This document shows, one piece after another, positions 47,620 to 56,758 of a stretch of DNA of 64,000 nucleotides (within the stretch, counting starts at the first letter, position 1; each line of letters starts with the position of its first letter). This DNA is from a virus. Made by a program: the position numbers and the translations under genes. Location of the stretch: positions 32,001-96,000 of the IMG/VR virus record IMGVR_UViG_3300032285_004073. One strand, given 5' to 3'. Under the pieces are notes generated by a model. The model ran no database searches. It saw nothing but the letters and a program-made list of their open reading frames with translations, and had not been told where the DNA came from.

Positions 47620-48923
47620 TTTGCATCAAATTCTGCCCATTCTTCTGGGACACTTTCAAATTTATTATCTTCTAAATTTCCCCATCCAGTTGCTACTTTA
47701 ACATAATTTTCTTTTAAAAATTCATCAAAGTTTTTTTCTTTATTTTGGGTTTCTGTGTTTTCATTTACATAAATGCTAGGTTTTTCATTTTTTTCTACCT
47801 CGCATTGAATTTCTTCTATCATTTTATTATCAATTAAAGGTTTTAATGTTTTGAGAATAGCAAGGTCGTAGCCTTGTGTATCGCTTATATATGTTTTGAT
47901 ATAATTAATTTTATTTTCTTCTAAGAAATTTTTTAAATTTACTGTCGGAACTTTTATGGTTTGATTACTTTCAATTAAATCATATAAAATAGATTCTTTA
48001 TTAGCCTTTAATATAGAACTAGAATCTCCATTATTTTTAGAAATATTAAAATCAATAAAATCATTATGTTTTTCACATATTGCTGCGTTTATTATTGTTA
48101 CATTTTTATTATCTTTAAAGCGATTTTTTAAATGTTCACAAAAATTTGGATTCGCCTCAAATGCATATATTTCATCATATGAATTTACATAATTCTGTAA
48201 ACTATTTCCAACATGAGCTCCTACATAAATTAAAACGTTTTTTCTAGAAATAATTTCAGGAAATTCTAATTCTTTTCTTTTTGTATAAGTCTGTTGATCT
48301 ATCCCAAAATAAGATTCATTGCGAATATATAACTCATCAAAATTTGCTTTTTGCCAAGCTGGATGTTGGTGTTCAATTATTATTTTATTTGATCTATATA
48401 CTTTATTGAGTTTTAATGAAACATCTGTAAATTCATTATCACACCAAAGACTAATATAATCTGGGTGATATATATAATTAAATCTATCATAATATTTTTT
48501 CCCTAAAATAGAAAGAGTGTTAATGTTGTTTTGCCCTCCATCATTATACCAAAGAACACCATCACTATCTTTAAAATGATCATTCATATCCTTTCTGATG
48601 ATTTCATCATATCCCTGTTCGATAGGAATCATATCATCTGATGCTAACATAATAATATCCCAACCACTAATCTTATCTATGTCAGCATTACAAGCTTGAA
48701 TCTTTGTTTTGCTGTTTCCATAAAAATAGGCAATTTTTATATATTTTTTATAATCTTCAAATTTTTGCCTTACTATATTATTATTCATTTCAATATCATC
48801 AAGATCCATTGAAATTAAAAATGCTAGTCGAGATAAATCTGATGCTTTGGAAATATATTGATCTAAAACATTAAAAAATTTAATTGATCTTCCTCTGGTG
48901 GGAAATTTTATTAGTATTTTCAT
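47601..48923 (-). CDS. Fusion: GT2-like glycosyltransferase + FkbM-like methyltransferase
   Basis: N-terminal KFPTRGR..LASDDMIP..WCDNE; C-terminal IYVGAHVG..FEANP..ISDTQGYD. Confidence 0.8.
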   Translation of the reverse strand: MKILIKFPTRGRSIKFFNVLDQYISKASDLSRLAFLISMDLDDIEMNNNIVRQKFEDYKKYIKIAYFYGNSKTKIQACNADIDKISGWDIIMLASDDMIPIEQGYDEIIRKDMNDHFKDSDGVLWYNDGGQNNINTLSILGKKYYDRFNYIYHPDYISLWCDNEFTDVSLKLNKVYRSNKIIIEHQHPAWQKANFDELYIRNESYFGIDQQTYTKRKELEFPEIISRKNVLIYVGAHVGNSLQNYVNSYDEIYAFEANPNFCEHLKNRFKDNKNVTIINAAICEKHNDFIDFNISKNNGDSSSILKANKESILYDLIESNQTIKVPTVNLKNFLEENKINYIKTYISDTQGYDLAILKTLKPLIDNKMIEEIQCEVEKNEKPSIYVNENTETQNKEKNFDEFLKENYVKVATGWGNLEDNKFESVPEEWAEFDAKWKLKK

Positions 48924-48941
48924 ATTATAAAAATAATTTTA

Positions 48942-49484
48942 TTAATTTGTTGACGGATAATAATAATATATCGGACCTTTTATAAAAACTTCTGTTTTAA
49001 GTTTGCCTTTTAATCTTTGAGAAAAATCTTTATCTTCTTGCCAATATTTGTCTGGAAACTTTGCATCTAAAGCTATCTCTCTTTTAATAGGATTTAAATG
49101 ATTAGGACATCTATAATAAATTTCATTTTCTTCATACCAATCTGTATACTGCAAAGAGTGAATAAATTTCTTTGGTCCTATATCTTTTAAAGTTATTATG
49201 CCTTCTATTCCTACACAATCCGGACTTTGTTGAATAGCATTCAGTATCCCAAAAACATAAAAAGGGGAAATCATATCATCATCATCAATAAAGACTACAT
49301 AATCACCCTTTGCTGCTTCTAAAAGTTCATTTCTTTTAGCTCCTACACTCTTTTCACCGTTATCACAATTAGCTAACATTTCTATGTGTGAATTGGATTG
49401 AGCTTTTAAGACTCTTGCTAGATTCTCAAATACAGGTTTTCTTGATTCTAATGTTGCAGTTAATATAGAAAGTTTTTTACTCAT
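48942..49484 (-). CDS. GT2 family glycosyltransferase
   Basis: LSILTAT, VGAKRNELLEAAKGDYVVFIDDDD, EDKDFS. Confidence 0.88.
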   Translation of the reverse strand: MSKKLSILTATLESRKPVFENLARVLKAQSNSHIEMLANCDNGEKSVGAKRNELLEAAKGDYVVFIDDDDMISPFYVFGILNAIQQSPDCVGIEGIITLKDIGPKKFIHSLQYTDWYEENEIYYRCPNHLNPIKREIALDAKFPDKYWQEDKDFSQRLKGKLKTEVFIKGPIYYYYPSTN

Positions 49485-49485
49485 T

Positions 49486-50961
49486 TTAATTTACAATGTA
49501 ATGACTTATATTATTATTACTATTTTTCAATGTTATATTGTTTATTTTTTCAAGACAATTAGAAACACCATCTTTTTTATGGTAATTTTCTCCTAATTTA
49601 CCTGATTCATAATTTCTAAATCTTTCACCGTTTTTTAAATGAAGTTCATTTTCTATAGGATTATTTAAACGGTGCTCGTGTGGAATACTATAATATTTTC
49701 CATAAGGATGTTTGTAAGGTGTTAATTTTTCTTTGATACATCTTTCATAAAGATCATCATCTTCTTTACCCCATCCCACAAATTCATTACTATAACCATT
49801 TACTTGTCCATAATGTTCTTTAGAGAAAGTTATAACTCCACCCATGATTTTATCTGGAATATTAATATAATTGAATTGACTACAATGACTGCTAAGATGA
49901 GCCGGCTTTTCTGGATAACTATAATCTGAAATTTCCGGTATTAAATCTACATCATGAAAACAAATATAATCACCAGTAGCTTTAGTAAAACCTATATTAT
50001 TTAATAATCCTTTATTAAAGGCTTTTTTATCACCTTGTTCCACTATTATTATTTCAAAGTCTTCTACTTGTTTAGAAAGATACTTTTGCAATAAAGGAAC
50101 CATGTTTTCAAGTGCTAATTCTCTATCTCTATAAGGAATTATAACTGATAATTTTTTGCCTTTATTAACTATTTTTTTTCTACTATAGTGAGTTTGTAAT
50201 TCTATTAAACTTACTAAGACTTCTTTAAGGCTTGGTTCTTGTATACTGCTCGTAAAATGTCCCCATTTTTTAACAAAGTAAATGGCTGATTTTTCTAAAT
50301 TTTCATTATATCCAGGTTTATTAGTAATAGAAGAATTTTCATTACTACCTTCTATATCCGTAAGATATTCTTCACTATTTAATAAATCCGGAAAATACCA
50401 AAAAGGCGGAGCTACATTTTTCTTTATTAAGTTATAAGCAAAGTCTATATGCTCGAAAGCATTAGTATATCCTTCATCAAAATAACCTAATTTAGTTATA
50501 AGATTAGCATGAACATACATAAATGCACCTTGAGGATTTTTATAAAATCCGATTTTTACACCATCTGGTTGCTCTAGAGTATATTTTAAAGTATCACCAT
50601 TATTGTTTATTTTTTCAAAACATAGATGATGTATGCCAGTAGAATTTGCAGCTTTAATATAATGCTGAAATACTTTAGGATCTTTAATTAAGATATCATC
50701 TTCTATAAGAAAAAGATGCTTATATCCCTTTTCTATTAAAATTTTAAGAGCTTTGTTTTTAGTTTTGGCAATACCAAGTTGCTCATTATTTAATATAACC
50801 TCATCTGCATCTCCTTTTTGAACATAAGGATTAGTTCCATCATTTACTACAACTAAACAGCCAATTTCATTCCTAGGAATGGTTTTTAATACCTGGGAAT
50901 AGTAGTCTGGTCTGTTATAGGTGAGTATTGCTACTCCTATTTCTGATGGTATTGTTTCCAT
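49486..50961 (-). CDS. Fusion: GT2-like domain + GT7 (beta-1,4-galactosyltransferase-like) domain
   Basis: N-terminal ILTYNRP..LFLIEDD..GYFDE; C-terminal IIPYRDR, VEQG..FNKGLL.NIGF, FHDVDLIP, MGGV, VNGYSNEFVGWGKEDDD. Confidence 0.88.
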   Translation of the reverse strand: METIPSEIGVAILTYNRPDYYSQVLKTIPRNEIGCLVVVNDGTNPYVQKGDADEVILNNEQLGIAKTKNKALKILIEKGYKHLFLIEDDILIKDPKVFQHYIKAANSTGIHHLCFEKINNNGDTLKYTLEQPDGVKIGFYKNPQGAFMYVHANLITKLGYFDEGYTNAFEHIDFAYNLIKKNVAPPFWYFPDLLNSEEYLTDIEGSNENSSITNKPGYNENLEKSAIYFVKKWGHFTSSIQEPSLKEVLVSLIELQTHYSRKKIVNKGKKLSVIIPYRDRELALENMVPLLQKYLSKQVEDFEIIIVEQGDKKAFNKGLLNNIGFTKATGDYICFHDVDLIPEISDYSYPEKPAHLSSHCSQFNYINIPDKIMGGVITFSKEHYGQVNGYSNEFVGWGKEDDDLYERCIKEKLTPYKHPYGKYYSIPHEHRLNNPIENELHLKNGERFRNYESGKLGENYHKKDGVSNCLEKINNITLKNSNNNISHYIVN

Positions 50962-51767
50962 ATTTCTTTTAAATTATCCAATACTTCTGATTCTGTAGCT
51001 ATTTTTTCAGCTGGTCCATAGCCTTGTGATACTGAAAAATTATTTTTTTCTATAAAATAATCAAGAGCTATCTTAAAAGTCTTCATAAAATCCTCTTGTG
51101 ACCTTATTTTGCTATCTTGGTGATTAGCTTTAATATCTGAAATACAATCTGAGGAACCATTTATATCCGCAAACCATCTAAAAGGAGGGTGATAACCTGC
51201 TTTGATAATTTGATAAGTATGATCAACATGCTCTAAAGCATTGTAATACTTTTCATCCATATAACCACAATCGGTAATTGTGTCTTTGTGGTAGTAACTA
51301 AGGGCTCCTAATACATTTTCATAGAGGTCAATTTTTAAATCTGATGGGTAATTTATAGTCTTTTTAATATTAGGAAGTCCGTATCCGTTTAGATTATGGT
51401 GTCCGTGTAATGCAAAATTAAAATGTTTAATACCAGTAGCTTCAGATGCTTCTATGTATTTCTGAAATATTTTACCATTGGTTATGGTAATATCGTCTTC
51501 CATTAAAAAGATATGCTTACAATTATTTTCTAATAGGTATTTTAAAGCTGCATTTTTGGCTTTACCAACACCTTGATAACCTATTGTGTCTATAATCTTT
51601 AATGAATCATCTTTTATTTTTATAGATCCGTCATTAATAATGATTATTTCATAGTCAGGATAATCCTTTAAAGCTTTAACCAAACTATCTTTGGCTTGAT
51701 TAAAGAACTCTATTCTATCACAGGTTATAAGACCTACACCAATTTTAGACGATGTTTTTTTTGGCAT
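50937..51767 (-). CDS. GT2-like glycosyltransferase
   Basis: IGVGLITCDR, IINDG, GVGKAKNAALKYL, IFLMEDD, GYMDEKY..EHVD. Confidence 0.85.
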   Translation of the reverse strand: MPKKTSSKIGVGLITCDRIEFFNQAKDSLVKALKDYPDYEIIIINDGSIKIKDDSLKIIDTIGYQGVGKAKNAALKYLLENNCKHIFLMEDDITITNGKIFQKYIEASEATGIKHFNFALHGHHNLNGYGLPNIKKTINYPSDLKIDLYENVLGALSYYHKDTITDCGYMDEKYYNALEHVDHTYQIIKAGYHPPFRWFADINGSSDCISDIKANHQDSKIRSQEDFMKTFKIALDYFIEKNNFSVSQGYGPAEKIATESEVLDNLKEIWKQYHQK

Positions 51768-52512
51768 AATTCTTTTGAATGTCTTCCATATGTTTTAACA
51801 ATTCTTCTTGTGTAACACCTGCTGGGTCATTCTGACCTGGAATATATTGATGGTTATGCATAAAAAATGCATAAGAAATTTGTACACTTTTATCTAAATC
51901 GGGGATATCTTTAAACCCTATTTTTTGAATAGGAGTATTTGATTTTTGTAAACCCTTTTCTATAGATGGGTGATAATGATTAGGAGGATATATACCCTTC
52001 TTTCTCATTTTTAATATATAATCTAAAGTATCTAAATTTTTTGAATTACAATATCTTTCATCAAAATAACCATTATTTTTGATAACTCCGGTATATAAGA
52101 ATATAAATTCATCATTTAATTCCGGAGTAAGATATAAAGTAACACCAGCTTCGTCGTCTTCTACTGGCAAAGATTTAGTTCCTGGTCCCAACATAAACCA
52201 AGTGCCAAAGGTTTCTGCTGTTTTAATAGTATTAGTAAATAGTTCAGGATCTGTTACTACTTGATTAGAATGAATAAGAAACAAAAATTTATAATCTTTG
52301 ATTCTTAATTGAGATATTAACCAATTTTTAAGTGTAGCAAAAGAAACATCCTTATCATAATTTCTACTGTTTTCATTTTTCAAAAATTTATTTTTAGTAT
52401 TTGATACTACAAAAACATTATTTTGCAAATCTTTGGGTATAGAAGAGTAGCAATTTTGCAGATCTTCCGGTGAATATATATCTAGAATACCTATGCCTAT
52501 TTTATCATTCAT
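51745..52512 (-). CDS. Degenerate GT2-like paralog lacking the DxD/EDD motif
   Basis: Collinear with the two downstream paralogs (IGIGIL, FLFLIHSN in place of FLIEDD, GYFDERY, KKGIYPP). Confidence 0.6.
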   Translation of the reverse strand: MNDKIGIGILDIYSPEDLQNCYSSIPKDLQNNVFVVSNTKNKFLKNENSRNYDKDVSFATLKNWLISQLRIKDYKFLFLIHSNQVVTDPELFTNTIKTAETFGTWFMLGPGTKSLPVEDDEAGVTLYLTPELNDEFIFLYTGVIKNNGYFDERYCNSKNLDTLDYILKMRKKGIYPPNHYHPSIEKGLQKSNTPIQKIGFKDIPDLDKSVQISYAFFMHNHQYIPGQNDPAGVTQEELLKHMEDIQKNYAKKNIV

Positions 52513-53561
52513 GTTAATTTATTATAAATTTCGTTAAGATAATTTATTATCTCTGGTTTATGTTGCACTTCAAGAGAAGATACAAAATCTTCTATACTTT
52601 GCAAAATATCTATAGCAGTATATTCTTTAGAGGATTGTGATAAATTATCTAAATCATCTTTAATTTTGTAATCTATACGAAAAAATTTAGGATTTAAATT
52701 TTGTATTTTGCTGGATAATAAAGGCACTTTATCTGAAGATATATTTTCATCTATAATAAAGCTTACCATATTATTAGGAACATTATTTTTTAAATAATAA
52801 GCATCTTGAGTACCATTCTGTAATTGACTTAAATTAATTTTAATATGTTTGGGTGATATATTATTTTCAAAAAAATTGATTTCTTCGGTTTCTAAATTAA
52901 GAATATACACACCTCTCTCATCACCTACATCACCAAAATTTTGCTGATAGGGGCTACCTACGTAATAAATTTTACCTTTATCATATTTTCTTAATTCTCT
53001 TTTATGAAAATGACCTGATAAAACAAATGGTGCTTTGTCTAATAAAGAACATGATTCAACGCCATGATCACAAACCTTAAAAGAATTCATATAAAATGAA
53101 TTAATTTCAAAATGACCAAAACAGATATCACTAACAGGAATATCTGTTATATCTGTTCCCCATGGAATTAAAGAAATAGTCTTGTTACAGCCTTTAATTA
53201 ATAAAGGTTCTTTGTCAACAATGATTATGTTATTCCAACCACTAAGCATGTTAATAGAATTAACATCTGAGCGATCTTTATAATAACAATCATGGTTACC
53301 TGTAGAAATAAAAATACGAAAATCTTTTAAAATAGTAAAGAATTCTTTAGCAATGGTTAAGGTATTGACTGATATTTCATTGCGATTATGAAATATATCA
53401 CCAGGTATGATAATATCATTAATGCCTTTAGAAATATAAAGGTCTCTTACCCAGGTAGCAAATTCCAAAACACACTTATGCCAAATAGAACTATCTTGAC
53501 CTAAGCCAATATGAACATCAGAAAATATTCCTATTTCCTTACTCTTTATATTATACTTCAT
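52509..53561 (-). CDS. gp47: Recombination endonuclease nuclease subunit (gp47/SbcD/Mre11)
   Basis: SDVHIG, PGDIFHNR, TGNHDCYY, GHFE, SGHFH, YVGSPYQQNFGD. Confidence 0.95.
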   Translation of the reverse strand: MKYNIKSKEIGIFSDVHIGLGQDSSIWHKCVLEFATWVRDLYISKGINDIIIPGDIFHNRNEISVNTLTIAKEFFTILKDFRIFISTGNHDCYYKDRSDVNSINMLSGWNNIIIVDKEPLLIKGCNKTISLIPWGTDITDIPVSDICFGHFEINSFYMNSFKVCDHGVESCSLLDKAPFVLSGHFHKRELRKYDKGKIYYVGSPYQQNFGDVGDERGVYILNLETEEINFFENNISPKHIKINLSQLQNGTQDAYYLKNNVPNNMVSFIIDENISSDKVPLLSSKIQNLNPKFFRIDYKIKDDLDNLSQSSKEYTAIDILQSIEDFVSSLEVQHKPEIINYLNEIYNKLT

Positions 53562-54257
53562 TTACTCCCTATTTTTTTCTTTCATTATTTTGATCTGATT
53601 GTTTTTCATTAAATTGTTATAATTTTCAGACATCATCATAACTTCTGCTTGATACTTTTCATGAGTATCTCTCATATGTTTTTCTTTTTTAATACGGTTT
53701 CTAAAAGCATTAAAAGCTATACGAGTAAAATAAGAAAATGGATTTGTTCCCTTGTCTCTATCATATTTTTTTGACATTAAAGCTTTAAACATTCTTATAA
53801 TACCATCTCCCACCATCTCTTCTCTGTAGGTGTAATTAATAAAATTAGGTGCATAACTAAGTTTATGAGAAATTTTACTGACCATTTCCGCTAAATCATT
53901 AGACATAATTCCGGAGTCATAATATCTAACAATTTCATCATCAAAATGCTTAGGATCTACATAGAATTTTTCTTTGTCTGCAGGTTTCTTCCCTCTTTTC
54001 TTTTTAACAGGTTCTTCTGGAACCACAATAGCTTTGATAATTTCTTCTGCTGGAATTTCATCTATGTTTTCCAGCTCTTCAATTTCCTCTTCGTCTATAT
54101 CCGTGTCATCTTCTAAATATCCTATATTTTCACCATCTTCATCGATAATATCATCTTCCATAGATAAACCGAGATGCTCGGCTTCTTCTTCTGAATAATT
54201 GATATTGTCATCATTGTCTAATAATTTTTTACGATAATTCTTTTTCCGTGTATTCAT
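53562..54257 (-). CDS. gp55: Late-transcription sigma factor (T4 gp55-like) with acidic N-terminal extension
   Basis: FYVD, LSYAPNFINYTYREEMVGDG, NPFSYFTRIAFNAFRNRIKKEK. Confidence 0.92.
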   Translation of the reverse strand: MNTRKKNYRKKLLDNDDNINYSEEEAEHLGLSMEDDIIDEDGENIGYLEDDTDIDEEEIEELENIDEIPAEEIIKAIVVPEEPVKKKRGKKPADKEKFYVDPKHFDDEIVRYYDSGIMSNDLAEMVSKISHKLSYAPNFINYTYREEMVGDGIIRMFKALMSKKYDRDKGTNPFSYFTRIAFNAFRNRIKKEKHMRDTHEKYQAEVMMMSENYNNLMKNNQIKIMKEKNRE

Positions 54258-55653
54258 ATTTTTCTAAAGTATAAAGTTTTTTTCTTTCCGATAAGTGTAT
54301 TTTACCATATTTTGTATTATCTGCAATATCAAATATAGTGGCTATTTTTTTTGTAGGGTGTAAACGTAAAGCTCTGCCTATAGATTGCATAATTTTAATT
54401 TTAGCCTTTCCTGCTGATGCAAAAATAATATTATGAAGGTTAGGAATATTGATTCCTGTACTAAATATCTTTGAGACGGCAATGACAATAACGTCGTTTC
54501 TATTATCCATCAATGATCTTATTCTTTCCCTTTCCTGTATATCCGTTAACCCTTGTATAAAATAGATAGGTCTAGAAGTATCACAAACTCTTCTAAGTTC
54601 TCTTTCTATGGATTCTCCGTGAAGAATTCTATCAACCATAATAAGGGTGTTTTGATTTAACTTGTTAGCCAGGTTGGATATAATATTATTGCGCCTTGCA
54701 TGCCCCATTAAGAATTCCAATTCTTGTTGATAAGCTAGAGCTGGAGTTTCACTAGAAACTCTTAAAGAAGGTAAGGACTCATGTTTAATATTGAGTATTA
54801 TTATTTTAAAATTAGAGACATAAGTTTGTTTCTTTAAATCATCCGTCTTCTGTTCATAGGTAATGGGTCCTAATTTGCCGACAATGTTCCATTGATCTAT
54901 CTCAGATGATGGCATAGTTCCTGTAAAACCAAATTTATAAGGTGTATCTATAAAGTTTAAAATTTTATTAAGTTTATTACCCCTCTTTAAAGAATGAGCT
55001 TCATCCATTAACAAAATTTTAACATCAGCTAATTTAGATAAATCTGAACTTTCACTTAATAAAATCTGTGTACCTGCTACTATTACGGTAGCTGTTGGAT
55101 CTGGTTTATTATTTCCAGACCATTTAGTAACATTTTTTAATCCATAAGAAGTAAAATCATTTGCCGTCTGTTCTACCAATTGAAGTGAAGGTACGGTAAC
55201 TAACACTAAAGCATTAGGATCATTTAAATTTTCTCTCAGACTTTCAATAAGAGTCGCACAAATTAATGTTTTACCACCAGCAGTAGGAATTAAGGTCACA
55301 CCTCTTCCTTGTTTTATTGCTGATATAACAGATTTTTCCTGATAATCTCTTAATTGTAAATTTAAAGATTTTATTTTTGGGTTACCAAAACCAGGATTAA
55401 ATTCTTTTTTAATATTATTATCTAATTCATATTCATAATGATTTAATTCTACAAATTCTAAAACATCTCTAAAAAGTCCTATATCAAATTTTCCAGATGG
55501 GGTTATGCAATAAAGTCTTGGTTGCATAAAGGGCACGTTTTTTCTATACGCTGGATTGGCTATAGAAAACTTCTCCCTTATCAAAGAGATACTTTTTAGA
55601 TCTCCTTGAATCTGAACTTGTTTATTTTTACTTGTTAAACTAAAAGATAACAA
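54229..55653 (-). CDS. uvsW: SF2 DNA helicase (UvsW-like)
   Basis: LRDYQ, PTAGGKT, VPSLQLVEQ, DEAH, GFTGT, FSTGINIPNLHNIIFAS, QSIGRALR. Confidence 0.93.
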   Translation of the reverse strand: MLSFSLTSKNKQVQIQGDLKSISLIREKFSIANPAYRKNVPFMQPRLYCITPSGKFDIGLFRDVLEFVELNHYEYELDNNIKKEFNPGFGNPKIKSLNLQLRDYQEKSVISAIKQGRGVTLIPTAGGKTLICATLIESLRENLNDPNALVLVTVPSLQLVEQTANDFTSYGLKNVTKWSGNNKPDPTATVIVAGTQILLSESSDLSKLADVKILLMDEAHSLKRGNKLNKILNFIDTPYKFGFTGTMPSSEIDQWNIVGKLGPITYEQKTDDLKKQTYVSNFKIIILNIKHESLPSLRVSSETPALAYQQELEFLMGHARRNNIISNLANKLNQNTLIMVDRILHGESIERELRRVCDTSRPIYFIQGLTDIQERERIRSLMDNRNDVIVIAVSKIFSTGINIPNLHNIIFASAGKAKIKIMQSIGRALRLHPTKKIATIFDIADNTKYGKIHLSERKKLYTLEKYEYTEKELS

Positions 55654-56052
55654 TTAGGTAGTCTCCAATTTATTAATTTCTATGATATTTTTTAAATCAT
55701 AAGTCATACTTCTAAAGATAGACTCCACTTTTTCCAAGTAGACTATAGCAATTTCTGTATCTTGTATTTCTTCTTCTATGTCTAAAAGAGATTTAGTATT
55801 TTCAATTTTTTTATCTAAAGAAGATTTAGGTATTCCGGGAGGTATACCGTCTTTTTCTAAAGTAGCTATTACTGCTGCTCTAATAGTTTTCTTTTTTCTA
55901 TTAAGGTTATTAAGATGTCTCTTAGAATCTATAAGACGAGCCACCCATTTATGTTTAATAGCTGGTAATTGTAATTGTTTTTGTAATAGATTTAATTCAT
56001 CTACTTGAGTATCTATTTCTAATTCTTCTTTGAATTTATCAATTATAACCAT
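55654..56052 (-). CDS. uvsY: Recombination mediator (UvsY-like)
   Basis: Coiled-coil protein next to uvsW; LPAIKHKW, YLEKVESIF.SMTYDLKNII; ATG 56052. Confidence 0.75.
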   Translation of the reverse strand: MVIIDKFKEELEIDTQVDELNLLQKQLQLPAIKHKWVARLIDSKRHLNNLNRKKKTIRAAVIATLEKDGIPPGIPKSSLDKKIENTKSLLDIEEEIQDTEIAIVYLEKVESIFRSMTYDLKNIIEINKLETT

Positions 56053-56074
56053 AAATATAAGCAAATTATAATAT

Positions 56075-56320
56075 ATGTCAAGTAAATTTCAACAAATAGT
56101 AGAAAAAATATTAGAAAATATGAACAGTGCTGCACCTGGTGGGTCTTTAGGCACTCCACAACAAGCTATATATAATCCTCCTTCTAATATAGATTCAGGT
56201 GATACTTATGCACCTAACAATGCTATAAATGTTTTTGGATATTCCGGTGTAACTAAAAGGAAAAAACCAGAATTATTAGCTTTAGGGAAGTCTAAAAAGA
56301 GACCTAAAAAGAAAAAATAA
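56075..56320 (+). CDS. Hypothetical protein
   Basis: 81 aa; KFQQIVEKILE start, basic tail; ATAAATA upstream. Confidence 0.55.
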   Translation: MSSKFQQIVEKILENMNSAAPGGSLGTPQQAIYNPPSNIDSGDTYAPNNAINVFGYSGVTKRKKPELLALGKSKKRPKKKK

Positions 56321-56754
56321 TGGATACTGGACATTGGATTTTAGAAGAAGGTATACAAATAAAAGAAGATACCTTCGGATTTATATATGAGATAACTAAT
56401 ACAGTTACTAATAAAAAATATATAGGTAAAAAACAATGCATTTCTCGCTTTAAACGCAAACCCTTAAAGGGTAAAAAGAATAAACGTATAGATTACAAAG
56501 AATCTGATTGGAGAAAATATACAAGTTCTTCTAATGAGTTAAATGCTGATATAGAAAAATATGGCAAAGATAAATTTATTTTTAAAATATTGAGAGCTTG
56601 TGGTTCTAAATGGGAAAATGCTTATTTTGAAATAAGGGAACAATTAGAACGTAATGTATTATTAAGAGATGATTATTATAATGGAATTATCAATGTAAGA
56701 ATAGGCACTCCTCCAAAAGAAATTAAGACAAAGTTCTTATCTGAGGTTAAGTAG
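56320..56754 (+). CDS. GIY-YIG family nuclease
   Basis: FGFIYEITN..KKYIGKK, YTSSS, FIFKIL; single domain, 144 aa. Confidence 0.82.
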   Translation: MDTGHWILEEGIQIKEDTFGFIYEITNTVTNKKYIGKKQCISRFKRKPLKGKKNKRIDYKESDWRKYTSSSNELNADIEKYGKDKFIFKILRACGSKWENAYFEIREQLERNVLLRDDYYNGIINVRIGTPPKEIKTKFLSEVK

Positions 56755-56758
56755 TAAA

